A stretch of 64,000 bases of DNA from Rhynchobatus australiae (taxonomy: Eukaryota): the NCBI GenBank assembly GCA_034780895.1, contig JAUZTB010008443.1, positions 1-64,000 of the forward strand. Direction: 5' to 3'. The translations under genes were made by a program, and so were the position numbers. Positions 11,331-22,362 of the stretch are shown piece after piece (position 1 is the first letter of the stretch; the number at the start of each line of letters is the position of its first letter). The notes beneath the pieces are model-generated. The model worked only from the letters and a program-made list of their open reading frames with translations. It did not search any database and had not been told where the DNA came from.

Positions 11331-13832
11331 TTAAGCTAAATTTTTAGCTTTTGAAAATAAAGTCGTTCCCTTTTTTAAATCTTCTGGAAAGAGTTTTTTA
11401 ATTTGTGTAAAGAGCGATAAATAATTTTGTTGCTGGTCTCAGTTTGCGTTTACATAATTGTAATTTTTAATGCGAAAGTCTTGATCTTCTAAGGAATCAC
11501 TCGGTGTTTTATCTAAATAATCATATTCTAAATTAGTTTGAAAATAGATAGCGTAGTTTTTAGCCGTATCTTGACCGTATCATGAACTTAAATAATCATC
11601 ACTACTTCCATAAATCAGGCCAATAAGATTAAGGTTTTTATCAAAAAGCGGTGAGCCTGAAGCGCCTGAAGTTAACATTTGCGACTTTTGATAAGTTAAA
11701 CTAGCGCCATAGGCATTAAGATTATAAGAGCCGCCATCATTAGTTAAATAAACAAAAGAGCCTTGCTCGCGATAATAATCTTCGGAATTATTTTGATACC
11801 CAATAATAACATTAGAAAAAGCAGCATCATCACGATAAAGATAGTTATAGTTTCAGCCTAGGCCTATTTCTTGATGTTTTTTATGAGCCGAAAGGTAAAA
11901 ATCGCTTTGATTTTGAAAGCGAGGATAGCCCCCGGTAATCGCCTTATTAATGATTTGGTAATTACCAGTTTCTAAAGAAGAGCCCTGGCTTAGTGATTCT
12001 TTAGTTAAACGTTTATTTTGTTTTTGCGCAAAAAAATTACTTTTACGGCCATCATAATAATTGTCCCAATAAGCTTCTTGATTGAAAAAATCTTGATCAT
12101 TAATAGCACGCATTTTAGTAGGTCTTTTTAGAAACCAACTTTTTCAAGGATCATTTTCTTTTTCAAATTCAACTCTTAAAATTACTAAATCAAGCGCAGT
12201 TTTATTTTCTTGACGCGTATTTTTTAATGCTTGGTAATCTTTATTAATATTTACTTGATCATAATATTTAGCTTCATCTCAAGCTTTAGTTTGCACCTTT
12301 GAAAAATCGGCAACGTAATGAATCGATTTAATAAAGTCTTGATTAAGAGCAATTTCTAAAGGTGGCTTATCTAGTTTTTTAGTATCGGGACTAAAATTAA
12401 GACTTTGAGTAAAAGAAATCATACCTTTAAGATTAGCTTTTGCGTTTTGATGATGAATTAAATAATCAAAAAAACTATAAACTTTGCCACGAAAAAAATT
12501 ACTGCTTGAGTTATAACCTCAATTTTCAATTATTGTACCTAAAACATTAGAATTAATAACGTGCTTATTAGTAGCGATATAATAAATCGATTTATCTTGT
12601 ACTTTATCCAAGACTGTAGCTGTACCAATTTTTTTGAAATTGTCGTTTTTATAATCATCAAAAGTTAAATCTGAATAATCTTTACTTTTGATGGAACTTA
12701 TATTATTTCCTCTAGTTGAGTTTCCATAAAGTGCAAGAGTTCTTTCAGAAGCAATTTGTTTACTTGAAAACGTTTCGAAGCCATTTAGTTTTACTGTATC
12801 TAATAAAATAGTATTAGAAAGAATATCTTTTTCATATTCGCCAAATTTTAAGGTGCGTTTTAATACTCTTAAAGTAATTTCGCCTCTCTCATTGTCCTTT
12901 TTGATGTCTATAAAATAACGACTATTTATAGTATTAGGACTTAGATTAATAAGGTTAGAATATTTACTAAAATCAACATTATAAGGAATTTGTTGACGAT
13001 TAATTTTTTCTAGAACTTCTTTATTTAATTTGTTATAAATAATTTTAGGTTCTGAATTTTGATTAACAATTTCGTTTTTTGAAGTATTTTCTTCATTACC
13101 AAAGCCTGAAGGAGCATCATTTTTTTTAGTTTCTAAGTTAATATTATAAAAGTCCGTTTTTGTCGTTTGTCTTTCGCCTTTATGTTGCTTTTTAGATTGA
13201 TCAATTTCTGTTTTAGCTAACTCAGAATTGATTGAAGAAGGATGAGGTGGTAATGCCAAATTTTCACTATGATTAGTTATTCTTTTAGTATCATTTCGAA
13301 CTGCATTATTTCTTCTGTTGGTTGCTTGAGAAGGCGAATTATCAATAGTTTCAGGTTCTACTCAAGTAGTATTATTTTTTAGCTTATTTGATTTTTTATT
13401 TTCTTCTTTTTTATCGTGCAAGTAACCTTCTTCATTATCATTTAAAGAATCTGCGGAAATTTTATTAGACGTTTTAGTTTCCGCATTACTTGAACTATTT
13501 TCAAGATTGCTTAATGCTACATCTTTTTGATCATTTAAGTCATGTTTTTTATTATTATTTAAGGCTTTGGAAGAAACATTATCTGAAGCTTTAGCTTCTA
13601 CGTTATTTGAACTATTTTTAAGATCAATTGATTCTATTATTTTTGGTTCTGAAATATTTAAATCGTTGTCTATAGTTTTATTTAATTCTTCGTTTTTATC
13701 ATTTTTAATCGCGTCATTAGTTAGTGCACTGGAACACGAAAGTGCAACATAAGATATAGAACTAAAAGTTAAAAAATTAACAATTAGAAGCTTAGCAATT
13801 TTTTTTAAATTAATTGGTTTTTTTCAGTTCAT
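11331..13832 (-). CDS. DUF31/MIP-family serine endopeptidase lipoprotein (833 aa)
   Basis: Lipobox VALSC; GTATVLD...YYIATNKHV (His), ALDLVILRVEF (Asp), GGYP, LTSGASGSP (Ser); low-complexity N/K/S/E-rich N-terminal stalk. Confidence 0.85.
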
Positions 13833-14355
13833 AAGACAAATGTCATTTTACCAAAAATTTTTGTATTACATTATTTATTTATAATATTTTTTAGTTTATT
13901 AAGATGGATAATTTTAGTTGAATTTTAAATAAATCATGAATAAAGATCAAATTCATTTATATTTAAAAATTTATACATTTTTGATCAAAGTTTAGTTTCA
14001 ATGATTCTAATATCTAACTGTTTACCATAATTTTTTTGTTCATAAAATTTATTCATGAATTTTATTTAGAATTTTTATTTTATAATTTAATTATCAAGAT
14101 GAGATAAAGGTGAACATTAATTTTTAACATAAGGAGGATATTTAGAAATTAATTTTAAAAATATTTTTATATTATTTTTTGAATTTATAAAAAAAATTTA
14201 TTAATAAAAACTAAAAAATAAGTTATCTTCAAATAATTATAAGTTTTTAATTTAAATTATAGGAATAAAAGTTATATAGTTGACAAATGACGATTTCTCT
14301 TATTAATTAGGATTTTAGAATGATTTTAAATATTTCTTAAATTAAAAAAATTATT

Positions 14356-16848
14356 ATGATGAATCATTACCTTAGTTATGGCAATGCTATGGATTTAAAG
14401 TTGCCAGCAATTAAAATTATTTTTGAAAATAATATTAATGTTTTTAACTTTAGAGAAAAAATTGATATTCTTAAAAAGACAACGATAGTTTCGCAACAGT
14501 ATAAACTCATTTTCATTTTCTTTAGTGAAATCTTGTTTGATTTAGACAATAAAATTGATGATAATCTTTGATTAGATTATGCAGATAATAATTGCTTTCG
14601 TTACTTAGAAAAAAAATTTGAGTTGCAAGCTTTACAAATAAAAAATATTTATCAATTTCGGTTCATGTCCAAAGAAATGAAATTAATTTTAAAAGCTTTC
14701 AACACAACGGCATATAAGCGTTTGCTCTTAGCTTATGATGAGTTTAAACGAATTTTAGTTACCCGTAAGGAATTATTAGAAACTGATAATATCTTTGTTG
14801 CGCGCTTAAACTTTAGAAAAATGAAAGAAAACGAGAGCCAAGCTCAAGCTTATTGAAACAGCAATTCGGCTTGAAGGATTTATAAATTTTTAAAAAGAAC
14901 GATCTCTAACAATCGTATTAATTATTTAGATTTTAAAGATATTAATAGTAATATTTTGAAAAAATTACAAAAAAGTAATTTAGAAATTGAAATTGGGTTT
15001 GATTACAAAGGCCTTGATTTTTTACCTGGTAAAGCATTTTTTAAAATTTTTGCTAAAGATTTTGTAGACCAAAACTTAGAAATTCATTTAGGATCTGATA
15101 ACGTTTTTGATGAAGAAATTCTTAATGATTATTTAGATTTTCTTTTTTTCTTTTTAAAAGTTTTAAAAAGAAAAAAAGTTAGTCACCAACTAAAAGATCT
15201 TATTAATTTTGTCAAACTAATTAGTGCAGATGATACTGCATTTGATCACAAAATGGAAATTAATAAGCAGCAGATTCACAAATTTTACCGTTATTTTTAT
15301 CTTCAGAAAACGTTTGTAAAAGCTACTTTAGAAAACGTTTTATTACATTTGTACAGACAAAAAGACCGTCATGAACTGATGCATGATTATTGTAATAATT
15401 TAGAAATAGCGCAAAAACTTAACAGTATCTTTAGTACTTTTGGAATCACTAAAAGCAATAATGAAAGAGACATTATTTCTTTTTTATCGAGATACAAAAA
15501 TTTCATTAAAGGCATTCATCTTAATTCCAGATATTACAATTTTGAAAACCCAAGAGTCATCAGCTATATGAATCAGTTTTTTAGTGTCATTCAAAAACTT
15601 AAAAACGGAGCGTATTCACTCGATTATATTTATCAAAAACACAAACATATTATAGAAAATATTTTACATTTAAAAAACGTTTATGAACTTCATAATTTAA
15701 TGCGTAAATTTCAAATTCATGATCCACAAAAATACAACAATATTACTTTTGAGAGAATGCCGCACTTTACTAAAGGAATTGATAAACTTTCAAAAGTTGA
15801 TTTTATTACGTCTTGAGCTCATAATCTTTTTAAAGAATATCAAGATCATGAAAAAGTGTATGAGATCATCAATAAAGAAACTTTTATTAGTATTGAAAAC
15901 ATTAAAAGTGATGTACGCAATAAATACGGCGATAATTTTATTGATTTAAAAGAGAAAACCATTGGCTTCAATAGCGTTTTATTAAACGATTTTTATTCTT
16001 ATGAAGAAGCGCAACGCATTGGTCTTGCAAACAATATTAATTGAGAATTTTTAAACCTTTTTATGAGTGAACAAGGTTATGCCACTTTTCAGTGTTTATC
16101 TTTAAACACTTATGAAAACGAAACTTGTTTTTTAAAACGAACTTTTAAAACTTTTAATGGTTATTATAAACACTTATTAAAATTGCCTAAAAGTGAAACC
16201 AAAAAAGCTAAAATTGAAAAATTTATTAATAAACGCAGCAATTATTATTACAGTTTTCGTTTAGCAATTAATAAAGATTTTTTCACTTTTTATCGCAAAG
16301 ACAATTGGCTCGTTTTTATTGGTGATTTATTTCAAGAACACAAAGAATTATTGTTTGAAATTTACAATTATGTTATGGCTAAATTACCAAACAATCAAGT
16401 TTTTATTTCTAATAGCGGTCTTTTTTATTTTGCTAAATTACATCATTTATTTAAACATCTAGATTTAGAACTTCAGAACCAATCTTTTTGATTGTATTTT
16501 TTTGAATTAGCAATCAACAATCAACAGCTCAAAAAGCAAGCTCCGAAAATAGAACTTTTTCGGATGAACAATCATCATTATTTGGTCCGTTTTCAAAATA
16601 GTTCTTCAAAAAATAAACTCAATTTAAACAAAATCAATGTCATCAATAGTATTGTTGATAGTTTTGATGAAAGCAAAATTCCTTGTGTAGATTTTATTTA
16701 CAAAATGGCTTTTTATTTATTTATTCCTTACGTTTCTTTAACGATTCATGAATCCGAAAAAAACATAATTGATTTTTTAAAAAGTATATATTCGACGCGT
16801 TATAAAATTATTAATGATGAGCAAGAATATTATATTGTTAAGACCTAA
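14356..16848 (+). CDS. Large orphan protein of unknown function (830 aa)
   Basis: Six track fragments share one frame, separated only by TGA; TAA at 16846-16848; no signal peptide or recognisable motif. Confidence 0.8.
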
Positions 16849-17023
16849 TATTGGCGCTATTGTGGCTCTTTAAGAAATCAATAATAGCTATTTGATAATC
16901 ATTTCCTATACACTAAGACATGCATAAAGTATTTTTCAAGAATTTTTTGATAACTATATAAAGTCTATTATTTTACTTTTTAATGTTTTTGAACTAAACA
17001 TTAAATTTTAATAAATTAAATTC

Positions 17024-17185
17024 CTAAAGGAAATTAACACATATTAATAAAGCAATTAAGCTAATCAAAATCACAACTTCAAAGACCAAAAAAATAAAAC
17101 TTTTTAAGTTTGATCGCACAACAGAAATAAACGTTATTAAAGTTTGAATAAACAGAAAAAGATTTGTCATTTTTGCTTCTATCAT
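17024..17185 (-). CDS. Possible small hydrophobic protein (53 aa)
   Basis: MIEAKMTNLFLFIQTLITFISVVRSNLKSFIFLVFEVVILISLIALLICVNFL*; two hydrophobic runs; no clear RBS. Confidence 0.25.
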   Translation of the reverse strand: MIEAKMTNLFLFIQTLITFISVVRSNLKSFIFLVFEVVILISLIALLICVNFL

Positions 17186-18191
17186 AATTATTAATTAAAT
17201 TGTTTAGTTTTGATTTAACAACTCCAGATTAACTATGAATAAAAACTAATTGTGATCAATTAATTTAAAAACTTAATTGAAAATAAATTTCTTTTACAAT
17301 TTTAATTAAATTTTGAAATTTAAACTAATCATAAAATATTTTTTCACTTTTTGAAAAAGGTGTCTTTGTTAATATCTTTGAAGATTCATAACCTTATCAA
17401 TTTGTAATTTCTTAATTTTAAAAGACACTAGAAAACCACGGTTAAAGTATTTTTTAGTTTCATTCAAATTTAATAAATTACATTTCTTTTTTTAATTTTA
17501 ATTTGCTTTTTTCTTTTAATTTCTTTTGACTTAAGATTTTTTTAATTTATTTTTTAATAGTAGATTTTTTTGAAAATAAGCAAAATTAAATTATTAATTT
17601 TCAATTAAAAGCCAGATTTTAAAATTAAAAAGTTACTGCAAACAATTTGGTTCTTTTTCAAATTTTGACTATTCTCAAAACTTAAAGCGATACTTTAAAA
17701 ATTTGTATTTCGACAATATATTTGAAATTTTAATAATTCATGTTTTAGTGTTTTTTTAATTATTGAATTTTTCAAAATATAAAATTAAATATCAGAATAA
17801 AAAACGAAAATGTACTTTTCATTTTTTTCATTTGTCAATTTGATTTTTGCTTCCAATAAAAAAGTTAGTTTCAGACATTTTTAAATTTATGTAAATATTG
17901 TAAATTTCAAAAATTAACTTTTTATAAGTTAAATTTAATCTAAATATTAACTAATGTATAAGTTTTTTAAAAATTTTTAAAAATAATTTAATTTAAAATA
18001 AAAAGGACTAACTCACAATACTTTTAAATTATAGTTAGAATAATAATGATTTTATAAAATTTATGATTAACATAAAAAAAATTAACAGGAATGATCTTGA
18101 TTCAAGAGAATTAGGCTATAATTGAAAATATTTATATTAAAAAATACATTAATTAAAATAATAAAGTTAGGAAAGGAAAAGTATTAGAATT

Positions 18192-18809
18192 ATGAATTTT
18201 GAATTAAAAATTAAACAATTAGTTTGAGAATCAACTTATCAAACGATTTTGCTCTTAATGCATACTAGTAAAAAAGCTAATAATTTTCTTTTTCCTGCAA
18301 AAGAACTTTCTGCTTCGAATTTTAAAATTGAAAAAAATAAGGATTATAGAAAACCATTAAAAAGTTTGCATTTAATTAAAACTGTTGTTGAATTAGTAGT
18401 GTCACAACATTATTTAGCTAACAAAATTCCTTCAACATTAAAAAATCAATTTATATGTGGAAATGCTTTAGAAACTTTTTTAAAATTTAAAAAAGGAAAT
18501 TGCGAAAATTTTAAATCTTCGCAATTTAATCTTTTTAGAAAACAAAGTTTTTTGAATGTTATTATTTTTATTGTTTTCTTAATTGTTTCTAAAATTTTAA
18601 GTTCTCAAATTCACTTTAAATTTTTAGAATTACAGTTTTTTGATTTAAAAACTTTAAAATCATTTTTTAAAATTAATTTATTAAAAATTAAACATTATAT
18701 TTTCATGCTTGGACTTCAACAAAAACGAATTTTTCAAGCCATTTTTAACAAAATTCACTACACGCCATTTTTCCCTAAAACGTCTTTACGTGGTTTAACA
18801 ATTAATTAA
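18192..18809 (+). CDS. Hypothetical basic protein with one hydrophobic segment (205 aa)
   Basis: AGGAAAGG upstream; ATG at 18192 in frame with track ORF 18249-18809 through one TGA. Confidence 0.6.
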
Positions 18810-19117
18810 AATTTTGAAACTTTACGTTTCAAAAAGCTAATTAAAAAACCTTTAACATTTTTTCTAAATTTTTTAAGATAATTTTATTTTCTATTTTTAA
18901 AAACGGCTTTTAAGATTAACTTAAAAATGATACAGAAATTTTGATACTTATTTTCTGACTTTTTTATTTTCTTGATTTTTTTTAATAGTATTTTGCACCG
19001 CATAAAACCTTAGTAGTTTGCACTAAAAATGCCTTTAAAAACTAAGAATTGATTGATAAAACAATAAAAAAGTAGAAATGAGCACAGCGAAATTATTTTT
19101 GAAATTGGTATTTAATT

Positions 19118-22100
19118 ATGATTAAAAAGAAAACTACAAAGTTATTAATTGCTCTTTCAACGGTTTTGGGCGTCCCCATTATAATTCTTAGTGGAATTGC
19201 AATTGCTGCCAAGCAAAAAAATCCTGAAACCAAAAACACTGAAGGTTATCACAGTAATTACGATTTAAGCACGGCCCTTAATGCTTCTAAAGTGGAAGCT
19301 TTTATCGTTAAAAGAGCTGGTGATTACGCCTTTGATAGTTACCCAGATAAGCTTAATTTAGAAACTAAAAAAGTTAACGAAGAAATTGATGTTGACGAAT
19401 TTTTTAAAGCAGAAGCGAAAAAAAACAATGGCCTAAGTCCTGATTTAATTATTAAATACGGAAGTGTAACTTTTAATAATGAATATACTAACGTAATTTA
19501 TCCGAGTGACTTTATAGATTTTGTCTACTGATTCATCGAAAATATTAGCTATGGTCCAGAAATAAATGTTCTAGATACTTTTTCAGTAGTTCGTGGCATT
19601 GATTCGAAAGCCGGGGCAATTACATTAGGCGGTTTTGAGAATAAAAAACTGGAAACTAATCACATTAAATTTTATCCTGATGCCTTTTTTGGTTCTTTAC
19701 CAATTTATAATCAGTTTACTGGTGCTAATAGATTTCAAGATAAATTACTTAGCCCTTATGGAAAAGACGCAACTACTAAGGACATCCTTAACGTTCTTAA
19801 TAATGTTTTACCACTTTATGAAAACGCCATAAAATTAGAATTAGAAGAACTTTTTGCTGAGCCTAAATCTAAACCTAGTGAGAATGTAGAAAAAAAAGAA
19901 GAAAATAAAACTGCAAGCGCTTCTGAGCCTTCTCAAGCAGCAAAGGAAACTAAAGCTAAAAAGCCAAAAGTTAAAAAGGTAAAAACTTCTTCAGGAACAG
20001 AATTTACTAAAAGTGATATAGTTTCTAAAAAATTGCATCAAGTAGAGTTTTATCCGCATTTGTATAAAACTAAAGAAAAGCTTAATGCTAAAGGCGAAGT
20101 TGAAAGTTATTACCAACTTTATCACACTTCTTACAATGAAATTTTTAAAGATTTAAAAGAAGTTTATCCTTATCATTTTAAAAGAGCTACTTCAGCAGTT
20201 TTAAAACGGCAAGACGATGGCACTTTTTCTATCGTTGAAGAAGAACATGATTATTTACCAATTAGCGAGAGAATACCACTTTTGGAACTATTAAATTTAA
20301 AAGGCAAACCATTTAAAGGTTTAGGTTTTAGCTGATTACGTTATGTGGCAACGCATGAGTATGCCCACCATCAAACTTTAAATTTTTCTTCTGAATTATC
20401 TAATCAATATACGACTTTAGGACCTTGATCATTAGTATCTGGAAACTCTAAAGCGGCAATGTATGATATTAATAAAATCAATTTATATTTAAAAGCTCGT
20501 GCTCCCGAACTAGAAGCACGTAAAGCAGTTTTTGATGGCAGTGCTAATCCTAATGAAAATAACGTTTTTACTAAATTTTTAATTAATGGTGTTGAAGAAA
20601 CTAATAAACAAATTTTCGGAACCGATGATGAAGATCGCTTCTTTTTTGACTTTTTAAAAGACGATTATAGAGGTATGGGCGCAACTTATTTTGAAGCCTT
20701 TTTAAAAGACATTATGAAATGGATTAATAAAAAAGAAAAAGCACCATTTCTTTTAGCTTTTAATTCTGGTTATTATAAATTTATAAGTGAACATAAATTT
20801 AAAACTTTTGATGCAGCAGTAGATCTCATAATTCGTTCACAACATAGTGCTTTAGTTCCTCATATAACATTTGATTTTGTTCGTTGAGCTAAAGAAGTAG
20901 CAATTCCTAATGGGACAATAACTTATGTTACTTTAGAAGAGTTACCAAGAGCTTATTTAAAGATAGAAAGAGCTAAAGAGAAATTTAAAAATAAACCTTA
21001 TTTAGTTTATTTATTAAATGCTTGAGACAATAACAGTGGAACTATCAGTGGCGGCTATGATGGCGTTGCTCAAATTTTGAGTGATAAAGGTTTTGTTCCT
21101 TATCAAGATAAAGAAAAAATTGATCGCTCAGAAGGCGAACACGTAATTGTTAAAAATTACAGTATTAATGGTTTTGAAAGTAATGCACCCACAGGCAATA
21201 CTAGTTATTTAGGACAAGTTTTAAACAGCATGAAAGAAAAGTCCAAATATTATATTGATGAACTTTCAGGGATTTTTTCTGATTATACTTGAAACTTTGC
21301 CGAAACGATTGGTCGCGACATTATTCAAATTAGTTATCTACCTGATCGTAAACCACTAATGCCAGGCTTTAAGCACGTCTCTGAAGCTAATAGTGGACTT
21401 GAATATTTTATTTCTAAAGAACACTTACAAAAATACAATTTTAGAAACGATATTTTTGATTTAAGTAAGCATCGTTTTGATAATTACAATTCACTTTTCA
21501 CTTTAGAAACTGGCATTGGTTTAAAGAATAGTAAACTAAACAGTTATTTGGCAATTAGTATTGATGAATTATTAAAAGCAGAGCGAAGCACTATAAGTGA
21601 AGAAGTTAAAGAGTCTTTGAAACTGATGATGAAAAATGTTTCAGGGTGAAACTACTTATTTTCTCATATCGATTTTACTCCTACAAATATTAAAAAAATT
21701 GGTGGTGATAATAGCTTATCAAATGGCTATTTCAAAGATCGTTTTATTCGCCGAGAAGTAAATTGGAACATTTATAATGATGATGGATCACAAGTTCCTT
21801 ACCAAGGACCTTTAAAAGATATTAACGGTAAAAAGATTAAAGGCGTAGCCGATGCTTTATGAACTTATTTACTAAAATCTCAAGACATCGGTGAAAACAC
21901 AATTTCTAAAATATGACGTAATAAAAAACGTGATGCGCTCTTTTTATACGGATTTGTTAAAATTCAAGAAAGTCAAGAAATTGCCAAATTAGCTTTTCAA
22001 AATTTAAAAACTAAGGAAATTAAATACCAAGCTCTTAATTTAGATCAAGATCGCTTATTTTATTACACTAATGTTAAAGAGGGCAGCAAACGCACTTTAA

Positions 22101-22351
22101 GAGACGAAGGCTTTACTTCTTGAACCACCAATTATTTTTCATCTGGACTTTATGATGATGCCTTTTTAACCAAAGGCAAATACCGCCTTTTCTTTACTGA
22201 TAAAAATAATCAAGAGCTTGATTATTTAAAACTAAAAGATAATCATTTATTAACAGAAAATGGCAAATTAAAAGAAGCTTCAAGCTCTTTCATTTCTAAA
22301 AATGAAAACGGTGAAATCATTTTAGAAATTAAAGATCAGTTCGTTGTTTAG
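19118..22351 (+). CDS. PDxFFG-family surface protein with zinc-metalloprotease motif (1077 aa)
   Basis: N-terminal anchor; FYPDAFFGSLP near 19671-19703; YVATHEYAHHQTL (HEXXH) near 20342-20380; candidate third ligand in DYTWNFAETIGRD; directly upstream of oppA. Confidence 0.85.
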
Positions 22352-22362
22352 GAAAGGTAAAA

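Noticed and set aside
13799-13824. Homopolymer tracts in the DUF31 signal region as a phase-variation switch
   Set aside because: Runs of 7-8 A/T are ubiquitous in this genome's Lys-rich N-termini
14356-18190. Cas13-like effector plus CRISPR locus
   Set aside because: R-x4-H strings are present, but no repeat-spacer array or cas1/cas2 is visible in either flank; kept only as an orphan finding
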